This document shows, piece after piece, positions 52,654 to 64,000 of a DNA stretch of 64,000 nucleotides (its first letter is position 1; each line of letters opens with the position of its first letter). Location of the stretch: assembly GCA_951406725.2 (NCBI GenBank), contig OX597819.1, positions 85,374,001-85,438,000 of the forward strand, given 5' to 3'. The position numbers and the translations under genes are program-made. The notes under the pieces were generated by a model. The model had not been told where the DNA came from, did not search any database, and saw nothing but the letters and a program-made list of their open reading frames with translations. This DNA is from Octopus vulgaris (taxonomy: Eukaryota).

Positions 52654-54327
52654 ACACACACACACATGTATGCATATATGTATTAGCGTGGAGCGAAAAG
52701 GGTGCTTTGTACACAGAGTTTTGAAATATGTTTTAAGCATATATTTATGACTGCGAAATCCTGTAACAACAACAGGGTTAAGAATCTAAAGTTGTTAAAC
52801 TTAAACTTTCAGTTCCGCAGCCCACTTTAAATTTTGAGTAAGGAGCGAAAAATCAATTTAGAACACATTTGTTGATCCTCATTTTATTTTGTATATTCAT
52901 TATTATGAATCAAATTTCCTTTGCAAAATTCTTTAAAAAGAAGACTGTTAAAATCTCATGCTCTAAACTTCATATCTTTAGACTCTGCAAAGCACTTAAA
53001 ATTTCGAAATTATGTAAAATAAACAGACTTTTCTACTCCAGTTTCTTTATTATTCTTGATACTATGTCACCGAATATATGTATTACATGAGGTCTAGATT
53101 ACACACACATTAAAATAAAATTACGCTTAAACTAATTTTTGATTCTTGACACATTTTGGTGATAAAAATAATTAACATTGTCAATTTATTCAAAATAATT
53201 CCTTGTAACTAAATAATACGAATCGTTTTAGTGCATTCTTTTTCGTTCCAATAATAAAGCTAATTATTTTTTTTTTCGTAGACATAAATTAGCATCTCAC
53301 TCTCAGATAAAGAATAGAACTGTCAAAGATTTATTGTTTTGGAATTTCCTGAAACGACATAATGTTTTGTTGTCTGGGAAGAGTCATTCTTTTTTTAGTG
53401 CCTTATTATTTAACACACTCACCGGTAAAATTTCCACTTATTTCTTATTTTTATTTTCTAAAATTTTCATTGCGTCTTGCAACCTTTTCAATAGTCTTAT
53501 GTTTGTTATGTTCAAAATAGCTAAAACGAAATAACTCTAATTGGTTGTTGCTGTATTACTTTTCAATCTGAAGGCTTTTTTTTTTGTCTCGAACACCGGA
53601 ATCTTTTCTCTTGATTCGATTCGACTCCCAATGAAATCGTTTCGACTGTTCTCACTTCAAATATTAGATGATGCTTCTGTCACGAGTTTTACACATCTCG
53701 CCACAGCTTGGGTGTGGCACAGTAATTTTTCCAGTTGCATCAAATGCCACTGTTGAACGAAGGTATCGATTTCTTCATGGGAAAATGCCTGTGTTAGAGA
53801 TGGTTCAGTAACAATAGTGTCCTACCAGTCCATGTCCATGTAGATTGAGGCAGCAAAGTTTAGAGTAGGAATTTTGAAAGGTCACACAGATTTTCCTTTA
53901 TACTGTGTTCGAGCCTGCTTTATGCGCCTCCATGCTAGTTCTCGAATGTGGCTCCGTTCATCGTTTATTATGACTAGTAAGATATTTTCTGGGGGCACAA
54001 AGAAAGCATTTTGTTGTATAACTGGAAATACAATGTCTTGTACCACTCGATCCATTTCTCCGGAAGACTCAGTCGCCTTGAGTACATTTAGAGCCCCATT
54101 TTCCGAGGAAGAGTTGCGTTTAATTGTGAACCACATTGGCACATAAACCTTCATTATGTAAGCATCAGTTAATTTCATCGTGTTAAAAGGATTCTCGTTG
54201 GCAACATACAAACGTAGCATACAATTTGCAGTTCTAAGCCATTTTACCGGGATTCCTTAATGCCATTTCAGATGAACATTTTCCTTCAGAAATAAACTGG
54301 TGGATATCAAAAAGGCATTTTTGATCA

Positions 54328-54407
54328 TATGCCCACGGGCATATGGCGTAGTGTTTAAGAACGCGGGTTATTACCCCCAAAATTCCGAGTTCGATTCTAG
54401 GCAGTGA

Positions 54408-54468
<61 letters not shown>

Positions 54469-54493
54469 CATAATAATAATAATAATAATAATG

Positions 54494-54559
<66 letters not shown>

Positions 54560-54731
54560 TTAACATTGAAAAATACCTTAGGAATGAGAACCCATGTTCG
54601 AAATTTTTTCAAGACACCTGATGAAGGCTGGAGGGTATATCAGCCGAAAGCTTGTGTTAACATCAAACAAGATGAGGACAAATATCCGTCAAATGTAAAT
54701 AATGTAAACAATGTAAATAAAGTATTTTCCT
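54328..54731 (+). mobile_element. tRNA-headed SINE with internal (TAA)n and a 3' hammerhead motif
   Basis: A box tggcgtagtg, B box gagttcgattct, (TAA)n 54412-54560, HHR 54613-54658, tgtaaataa tail repeats. Confidence 0.85.
54613..54658 (+). ncRNA. Minimal (dimer-type) hammerhead motif
   Basis: gacac CUGAUGA a ggcug gaggguauau cagcc GAAAG CUU guguu; loopless palindromic stem III AAGCUU. Confidence 0.75.
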
Positions 54732-56659
54732 TCAGTACTGAGGTCGTTTCTGTCTACTGATGGTAAGTCCATTGGAATCTGATTGAATTTCACAATTAGT
54801 GCTTCACATCGCCCAGTCTCTTACCAATAGGCCCAAAAAAATCTGAGGCCCGACAGTTTTTCCGTCGAGATCGTTAATAAGATGGCGTAAGGAAAACTAA
54901 TTTGTGTGGAGCTGACACACAATCCAATGCAATGGCTTCTTCAATTTTATCCTCCAAATGTCTAATGGTGTCTCCTTTTGGCCCTGTATTCACTGCAGTA
55001 CCATCGCAACCTACAGCTGTCATGTGATTAGTTACTATCTCATTGGTTTCCAAATAATTCAACAAACCATCGGAAATGGCTTTTGCGGAACACGCTTTAA
55101 CAGCAAAATACCCAAGATAACGGGACTTAGGTTCTTCTATGAATGAAATGTGTTCTTCTTGAATTGTTTTCTTACGAAATGTTTTTCCCGTTTCTTGACT
55201 TATGAGGGTTGTGTCCCTCCTTCCATCAAAATACACGACAGACAATAGTTTATGTGGCCTACCTTCCTGCTTCAGGGATTTACATTTTCTGAATCATTCC
55301 CATCTTACCTTCGATCTGTCTATAACGAAAGAACATTCACCAGATGTATTTGCCGTTAATATCTTGCGAATTAACCTTCTTCACTAGCTGTGTTCTTTTT
55401 AGCTTTGTGAAGCCTAGTTTTATAACCTAGTTAGTAGTATATGCATATTTGATTTCTTTTTCTCTTATCTTTAACATTGAGTTAAATCTTATTTGACTGC
55501 TGTTTTCTAATCTTATATATATTTGAATGGAATTTATAATAACGATGCTCCAATATTTAAGTGAATAATATTAATATAGCTAATAGGTACTTGAAGTTTA
55601 TATCAGTGATAATATATTTCGAATGATCCTGTAAAGTTTGTATTAACGATGAACTGCTGGTTTCGTGTACAAGAAAACAAACGAAATGGTTAAAAATCAA
55701 CAGAAATTATATTTGATTGATTCACTATGAACGTATTAAGTTATCAAAACTTATCATTTTCTTGCAAAATTGCGTCAATCAAATTTTCATATGCCACTGC
55801 TTGTGTTTCTCTCTTTTTTTGTATTTATCATAGTTTTGAAGGCTTTAAGCCTGATTTGTTCATTCAATCGAAAAACATTGCCTGGCGATTCACCTTAAAA
55901 ATACTAAATATAGTCAATTCTCGACTGTTTTGACATTTTATTTTCTATGTCAAATGACAAACAGCATGTGTCATTTACGCTTTTCAAAGCAATCCGTTAC
56001 GAGAATAATCGTCGATATTGTTGAGGATTTTCACGTAAATTTCACCTCAAGAAGAAGAAGAAAAAAAACAAACAACCAAACAAAAAAAAAACATTTTAAT
56101 AATAATTTTAAATTGATCAATTCTGCGGGAACGGAAAAAAATTCCTTCAGTTCTCATAAAATGCAAATTGAATATTTGTGAGTGTAAGGTTCATTTCTGT
56201 TTGAAATAATATCCTCAAACATTAATATCTAATTTCGCATTGCATTTTGCATCCTTACACCTATGTTCACTGAATTTTCACACTTTTCCTTTATACATAA
56301 AATGATTCTCTCTGTGGATTCTTAGTAAGATGGGAAATAAATCTGTCATAAATAAGTATATTACAAGTAAAATGAAAATTAAATGTTCTTTATAAGAAAT
56401 CTGAAAAATGCCAGTTAGATTATGACAAGGGATATTTGAGTAATTCTATCATGAGACGAAAAATATGGAAAAGGGCTCCAGATGAAAGACATACAATGTA
56501 TTCTTCGAATTATATACATTAGGAAACTCTTCTTGGCAACATTGCGGAACCTTTGTATTGATATATTTTATTTTCAGAAGATTACAAATTCAAAGTATGA
56601 ATTAGGGTGAGTTGTACGTCCAAATATTAATATTCACTTTTGAAACAATATTGCCTACT

Positions 56660-57027
56660 TTTGACTTGTTTCAGTTATTTGATTGCGGCCACACTGGAGC
56701 ACCAGCTAGAAGGGTTATTGTCGAATAAATCGAATCGACCCCAAGACTTACTTTTTAAAGCCTGGCACTTATTCTATCGGACTCTTTTGTTGAACTGCTA
56801 GTTTACGGGGTCGTTAACAAACCAGCATCAGTTATCAAGTGGTGATAGACAAACACAAATACAAAGACACACACATACATGCATATACGACGGGCTTCAT
56901 TCAGTTTTTGTCTACCAAATCCACTCACAAGGCTTTGGTTAGCCTGAGACTATGGTAGAAGACACTAGCCCAAGGGGTCGCGCAGTGGGATTGAATCTGG
57001 AATCAAACTTCTTATCACACAACCACA
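56660..57027 (-). mobile_element. SINE family A
   Basis: Reverse complement collinear with 48445-48786. Confidence 0.85.
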
Positions 57028-58254
57028 CATGCATTTGTATTTAATATTTCAAAATTATTTTTTTCATCCACAGGTAATCTCAGTTTTCCTTTATTTCTAT
57101 TGTAAATGACTCCCCTTTCAGCTGGGTATTTGCAATCCATTTCTAACCTTCTTTCTTACATCGAGTATTATTTTCTTGTTAACATGTAAATACATTAATA
57201 AGTTAAAGTTTAAATATTTACAAATGGAAGTACAGAAAGTATTCCCTTTATATTTTGTTTCTAGTTAAAAATTTGCGTTCACAATATTTTGTTAACTTGA
57301 AACAATGGATTTATTTTTAATGAAAGCAAATCATTTACCGAGAATAAGTAGGTCAACACCTGCACATTGTGTTAATGACAAAATTGGTTTGAATGTTTGT
57401 CGTATATGTATAATTGGTTCACAATAGGTTCAAAATAGGTTTAAAATTATTTAGTATAAATTCTGTCTCTTTGAGAGTTTCAAGCTATAACAGAGAGATG
57501 TCTGGCACTTCCTTTACAACTTAATTGCAAACATTGTCTGTCTATTTCTAGCAGTAATTAAAAATAGTGCAACAGACAAATGATTTCCTAAATTGTGTAT
57601 TTAAAGACAGATATTACAAAATATCACGATGTATTTCCCAACATGGTTAATTTATTATCTGTCATTTAATTGCTCTTAAAATGTTTATCTATGTTGTTCA
57701 GCTAAATATCTGCTATAAAGAAATCTACAATAAGCAATGACCTTAGGACATATTCCAAACTTTAAAGAATTAAATGCTTTTGCAAGACAATAGTAAATGT
57801 TTGAAATATAAATTACCATACATGTGTCACACATTTAGATTTACGAGCTTTAAAATGAAGTAGTAGTAGGTAAATATAACTAGCAGCCTTTTATATCATT
57901 ACACTTGAACTGCTTTGTTTGAAATTCCTTTAGAATATGAACCCAACCACACTTTTGACATCAGAAGAAATTAAGAGCCCAAACTATAATATAAGCTTAT
58001 TATAGAATATGAAGAATATTAATAATATCAACAAATTTGAATTAGTTACATAAAATTAATATACAAGTTTTTAATGAATTGGCTCCTTGATCAGAGTATA
58101 AAAAGTTCATTGATGTTAAGTAGAAACTATTAACAATAAAGTGAGCGTTTATTTTTCTGAGCTTTACGCGCAAATTGCGCCTATATGATTAAATCCTGGT
58201 TTTTGATAGTTGCAAAAGAAGTAAAGTGGACATAAAATGCATTATCTTCTATTT

Positions 58255-58632
58255 ATATCTTTTACTTGTGTCAGTCATTTGACTGTGGCCATGCAGGGGC
58301 AGCGCCTTGAAGAATATTTAGTCGAATGAAACGACCCCAGTGCTTATTTTTTGTTAAGCTTGGTACTTATTCTATTAGTTTGTTTTGCTGAACCTCTAAG
58401 TTCAGTACGTAAACACATCAAGACCAGCTGTAAAGCGGTGGTGGAGGCACTAACAGAGACACAAAGACAACCCACCACACAAACAATGGGATTCTTTCAG
58501 TTTCCGTCTACAAAATCTACTAACAAGGCTTTGGTCGGCCCGAAGCTATAGCAGACACTCGCTACACAGATGTACTAAACCCGGAAGCATGTTGTTGGAA
58601 AGCAAGCTCCTTACCACACAGTTACATCTGCG
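58255..58632 (-). mobile_element. SINE family A
   Basis: Reverse complement collinear with 48445-48786. Confidence 0.85.
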
Positions 58633-58843
58633 TTTTTTATATTATCAAAAAATATATGACTGGTTTTATTAAGTTTAGTTCGAATGTAAAACAGTAATGG
58701 AATTGTAAAAAAAAGTTTCCTTTCTTAGATTCTTTTGCAAGTATTAATAATGAAATCATGGTATGTAGGTAATCGTTTTATTTTGTAAATTTTCATTGAC
58801 CTTGGTTATCTTTTACATTTTGGCGTTTGCTGGGTTTTTATGA

Positions 58844-59328
58844 AGAACACACTCTTTGTGGTAAGGCGATTTGATGTCTATGTCTAGCATATAGGAATCC
58901 ACTTTAGTAGCTATTCCTCTTATTGATTGAAATATAATTTTTAAATCTTTGGATTTTTTTAATATGCTAGACCACTGGTTTAAATTGATGTTAATTGATT
59001 GATATCAATTTCTACCCTCATTATCTAATTTAAAATAGCAGTGTTTCAAACCGGTAAATTAACTGCGGTAATTTATTATCTGTAGAGTTATTTCCGGCAT
59101 TAGCGCTCCAAACTGAAGACATTTGAAAAATACCACAAAAATATTTTGTAGAACTGTACATAAGTTTTTTTTCGGGAAAACTTTTCTGTGTATAGTTCTG
59201 TGAAATATGTTTCGAAATACGACAGGCTACGCTGAGGATTTACAGATACTTGCATTTTGCATGAGAACACACTCTTTGTGGTAAGGCGATTTGACGTCTA
59301 TCTCTAGCGTATAGGAATTCACTTTAGT
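58844..59328. repeat. 65-bp direct repeat, 420 bp apart
   Basis: agaacacactctttgtggtaaggcgatttg...cactttagt at 58844-58908 and 59264-59328. Confidence 0.9.
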
Positions 59329-59642
59329 CATCTTGGAAACGTATCAATCACTCGTTCACTTGTGTGCGGATTATACGAATTTACGTAGGCCATTGGACAG
59401 GTATCGCCATGACAAATTTCATTGTGATGGTCAATGTGACGATCACGCCCTATACACCTTCCTTCTAAGCACTGCCGAAAATAGTATAAATGAGCTAATA
59501 CACCTGCAAAGGAGAGTTCAAAACATAGTGCACATGCACAGCAGAGTTCAAGGTCAATTTTTGCCAAGCGGTTCCACTCTGCGTGCTTCGTTACTATATA
59601 TATGTGCTCACACACACATATATACGTACATGAATAAGCGTG

Positions 59643-59674
<32 letters not shown>

Positions 59675-59783
59675 TACACACACATATATATATATATATA
59701 TATCATTCAAAATGTGACTGCGTGTGTACCGTTGGCGATTTTTTTCCTCCGTCTTCCCTTCTGTGGATCTTTCCTTTTCCTAC

Positions 59784-59817
59784 GTATCTGACGAAGAGCT
59801 CCGCTCGAAACGTAAAC
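59784..59817 (+). ncRNA. Minimal hammerhead motif (weak stem I)
   Basis: CUGACGA a gagc ucc gcuc GAAAC GUA. Confidence 0.55.
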
Positions 59818-59989
59818 CCCTCCTTCTTCCCTTCCTTCCTGAGCGTTCAATAATACTATATTTGTTCCACGTCCTCGCGTTGTTGTGTTTTCTCTTGGTG
59901 TTTTCATGTTTGGATTAACTTTACATATATATATTAGATAGAATGAGATAACGAAACCAAGCACTTTTCAGGACATTTATAAGGAAATA

Positions 59990-60037
59990 GTCGTACAATT
60001 GTTTCTGGGATAATATGGATATGCCTTCATCAGAGAC
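59990..60037 (-). ncRNA. Minimal hammerhead motif (degenerate stems)
   Basis: gucu CUGAUGA aggcauauccauauuauccca GAAAC aauu GUA cgac. Confidence 0.6.
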
Positions 60038-60302
60038 GATGTGGGAAGGTTTAACTGAGGAAATATTTGAATTCGAATTATCATGGAAAAGCAGAAGATA
60101 GTGAATATGGAGGGAAAGAAGAGAATGAAAGGTGAAATAAGAGAATGAAAGTAGAAATAAGATATATAAGATATTTATATAATGTATATATACACATACG
60201 TATGTATGTATTTATATATGTATGCATATGAGTAAATGAATATTCTATATATATATATATATATTTATACAATACATAATATATGTATATATACACATAT
60301 GC

Positions 60303-60334
<32 letters not shown>

Positions 60335-60699
60335 GCATATATATATTATATCATATATTATGTATATATATGTATATCTATATTATATATAGTATGATAA
60401 AATTCATTTAACCATTAGAAATCACTAATTATAAATTATAATAAAACATATTATCTGTCCATGTCTTTTAAGCTGCAAAACAATTCTTATATAAAAATTT
60501 CCAACTGTTAAATAAATTTTATCATACTATATTTTCCTCGTTATTTGTAACTTTACAACTTTATGCACTCTGTATGTTTTTCTCTTGTATCGTATTATAT
60601 ATACTACATTCTTAAGGAGCTTGTTTTCTGAGGAAAGCGGAGAGAGGAAGGAACAATAAACAAATAATCTTCATATCTGTAAGGATTCTCCAAGCTGGC

Positions 60700-61012
<313 letters not shown>

Positions 61013-61770
61013 TGCGAGCTTGGAGAATGAAGATTATTTATTTAATATTCCTTCCTTCTTTCCTCCCTCCCTTTTCTCTCTTCCTCCATCTCCTTCACTT
61101 GGGATCTCCGGTCAAGTATCGAGGGCTCGATTATTAAATAAGTCAAAATATTTATATTTATTCCAATATTTTTTTTTGTTGCTGAAAAGCGAATATACCG
61201 TATTTTATAATGGTACATTCGATATGTACTGCTAAAAGTATGTTCGTAATTGTCTGTACGTATGCCTACTGTACGTATACGTGTGGCAAGAACAAAAAGT
61301 AAAAAAAAAAAATTCTATGTATAATTACATTGGTAAGCTCTTGACTATATATATATTATCTGAAGCGTTATTCATTGTGGAAGAATGCTTATCCATTCAT
61401 ATCTATGTATTGATCGCTCTAACTCTCTGTCCTTACAGAGACCACTTATGCCCCGCCACACATGTATATGCAATAGACGACCGTTTTTGACTTTTTACTT
61501 CGATGTTTCACTGACACTGACTTCTCAACACAATACTAAATATCGTTTTGATACTAGAGTCAGAATTGAATCCGTAATTTAGTGCATGTTTAGTATAGTC
61601 AAGAACATAGACCTACAAAATAAGCTATTTCATGTCTGTGTTTGTGTGTGCGCGCGCAAACATCTATGTTTATAATATTATTATTATTATTATTATAGTT
61701 ATAATTATTATTATTATTATTATTGTTGTTGTTGTTGTTGTTGTTGTTGTAGTTGTTATTACTGTTGTTG

Positions 61771-61807
<37 letters not shown>

Positions 61808-61822
61808 GTTTATTATTATTAA

Positions 61823-62033
61823 GGGGGCAAGCTAGCAGAATCGTTAGCACGCTGGACGAAGTCCTTAGCAACATTTCCCCCGTCGCTCGGTTCTGAGTTC
61901 AAATTCCGCTGAGGTAGACTTTGCCTTTTATCCTTTCAGGGTTGATAATTTAAGTACCAGTGATACACTGGGGTCGATATAATCGACTAGTCTCCACCCA
62001 ACAAACTTGAAGCTTTGTGCTCCAGGAGAAAGG
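61823..62033 (+). mobile_element. SINE family B
   Basis: gctagcagaatcgttagcac...ctgagttcaaattccg...ggggtcgat.taatcgact; (TTA)n tail. Confidence 0.88.
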
Positions 62034-62080
62034 ATTATTATTATTGTTATTATTATTATTATTTATTATTATTATTATTA

Positions 62081-62152
<72 letters not shown>

Positions 62153-62153
<1 letters not shown>

Positions 62154-62616
62154 GTGAGAGAGCAGTGCATGCCATCAAAGTGACACTGGGGTAAAATATA
62201 CGACGCCCAGTATACCCATCATGACTACCTTGCTGGTGGACCCAGTTAGAATTTTCTTCTGGTTGGCTAACCCATCCTACTCAAAAGTCCCTGATTAAGG
62301 GTTGTTTAAGGATGTTGAACGAAACACCCATGTTTCCAGAGGTGAATCATTCAAACCCCAAAGAATCCCTCTCACCACATGGCTATGATGCTCCCCCACT
62401 ACTTCTACTCGTGATCAGAGATGCACATATCGTCGGCCACTAAGGGACATGCTCAAATGGTTACGGTCAAACCACTGATAAGCAAATCTGTGGTATTGAG
62501 CAGAATATTTGCTGTAGCCCATCTTTTATACCAAGACAAAACAATGTACATGATAACACTTCAAGTCAGTTAAGAAGAGAAGCCATGAGAGCCGCTGCCT
62601 GGTACTGCATCAGGGC

Positions 62617-62618
<2 letters not shown>
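62153..62618. mobile_element. Non-coding insertion bracketed by (TTA)n, probably Dong/R4-mobilised
   Basis: GC-richer 465-bp block with abrupt (TTA)n borders on both sides; no ORF. Confidence 0.45.
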
Positions 62619-62684
<66 letters not shown>

Positions 62685-62737
62685 TTATTATTATCATTAT
62701 TATTATTATCATTATTATTATTATTTCAAATTATTAC

Positions 62738-63451
62738 CACAAGGGTATCTTGGAGGAGGTGGGGATGAGTCTATTACATTGACCCGAGTGTTCACCCCGT
62801 ACTTATTTCATCGATCTCGAAAGGATGTAGGGCAAATTCAGCCTCAGCGGAATTTGAATTCAGAACGTATCGACGGGCGAAATACCGCTAGGCATTTTCT
62901 CCAACGTGCTTAAGATTCTACCAGCTCACTGCCTTAAGACGAAAAAGAAGAAGAAGAAGAAGAAGAAGAAGAAGAAGAAGAAGAAGAAGAAGAAGAAGAA
63001 GAAGAAGAAGAAGAAGAAGAAGAAGAATCGTTTCTACTAAAGGCACAAGGCCTGAAATTTGGGGTGAGGGGACTAGTTGATTACATCGAACCCAATGTTT
63101 CACTGGTACTTAATTTATCAACCTCGAAATGATGAAAGGCAAAGTCGACCTCGTAGTAGCAGACGAAGTACCGCTAATCATTTCGCCCGACGTGCTAACG
63201 ATTCTCCCAGCTCGCTGCTTTCATCATAATAACAATAATCCTTACAACTATAGGCGCAAGTCTGAAAATCTTGAGAGAGGTGGCTAGTCGATTACATCGA
63301 CCCCAGTGCGTGACTGGTAATAATTTTATCGACCCTGAAAGGATAAAAGGCAAAATCAACCTCAGTGGAATTTGAACTCAGAACGTAGCGATGGGTGAAA
63401 TACCGCGAAGCATTTCACCCGATGTGCTAATGATTCTGCCAGCTTGCCGCC
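62738..63451 (-). mobile_element. Three tandem SINE family B copies (62738-62932, 63028-63218, 63240-63451)
   Basis: Each repeats ttacat.ga.cc.a.tg...gaaaggcaaa...gattct.ccagct.gc, separated by (GAA)n or (TAA)n. Confidence 0.88.
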
Positions 63452-63488
63452 TCAGTAATAATAATAATAATAATAATAATAATGATAA

Positions 63489-63554
<66 letters not shown>

Positions 63555-63556
<2 letters not shown>

Positions 63557-64000
63557 AAATAGCGGCAAAACACGAGCAAAACAAAAAACTGTTCTCAGTA
63601 TTTAAGGAAGCGACAAATACAAACAAGAAATCATACCACCTAACAAATATGAAGAAGAAGAAGAAGAAGAAGAAGAAGAAGAAGAAGAAGAAGAAGAAGA
63701 AGAAGAAGAAGAAGAAGAAGAAGAAGAAGAAGACAACAAAAGCTATAAAACAAATGAAATCCAAACTAAAAATAGAACAGCAACGAACCATGATAAAACG
63801 ATGGCAAGAAAAGCCCCTTCATGGCAAATACTGGACTAAACTAAATGCAAAAGAAATAGACAAAGAAAAATCCCAACAATGGTTGAGAAGCTCAGGACTC
63901 AAAGCAGAGACAAAAGGATTTTTAATTGCAGCACAAGACCAAAGCCTCCCCACCAGAAATTACCAAAAACATGTAATGAAAAGAAATATAACAAGTAACT
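63555..64000 (+). mobile_element. 5'-truncated second copy of the R4/Dong LINE, starting directly after (TAA)n
   Basis: Collinear with about 165-551; (GAA)n expansion at 63651-63732; runs off the window end. Confidence 0.93.

Larger units (their letters stand above)
53620..55400 (-). pseudogene. DDE DNA-transposase relic, hAT-like
   Basis: YFDGRRD, GCDGTAVNTG, PLHWIVCQLHTN (CxxH), DLSTDQK, CHTQAVARCVKLVTEAS. Frameshifted and split by the insertion at 54328-54731. Confidence 0.8.

Noticed and set aside
52684-56265. Terminal inverted repeats for the hAT-like element
   Set aside because: Left candidate tagcgtggagcgaaaa has no convincing right partner or TSD.

Overview
AT-rich, microsatellite-dense animal DNA, intergenic or intronic, with no intact protein-coding gene. 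The SINE families and (TA)n/(TATC)n/(TAA)n load resemble a cephalopod (Octopus-like) genome; this is inference. The window is mostly transposable-element debris: R4/Dong-type RLE LINEs at (TAA)n, Tc1/mariner relics and MITEs, a hAT-like transposase, three tRNA-derived SINE families, Helitron-like ends, and Penelope-like (PLE) RT and GIY-YIG relics. The main unexplained signal is RNA-structural: about 15 hammerhead-ribozyme (HHR) motifs read by eye, mostly of the minimal PLE type. Four stand out: (i) an apparently non-circularly permuted HHR (43384-43443) in an 818-bp retrozyme-like unit with 187-bp direct repeats; (ii) an HHR with a compensatory G3-C8 core swap (11416-11465); (iii) a tRNA-headed SINE ending in an HHR (54328-54731); (iv) a 579-bp near-perfect palindrome with one HHR on each strand (1274-1852). 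All pairings and translations were done by hand, catalytic activity is untested, and boundaries of degraded elements are approximate.
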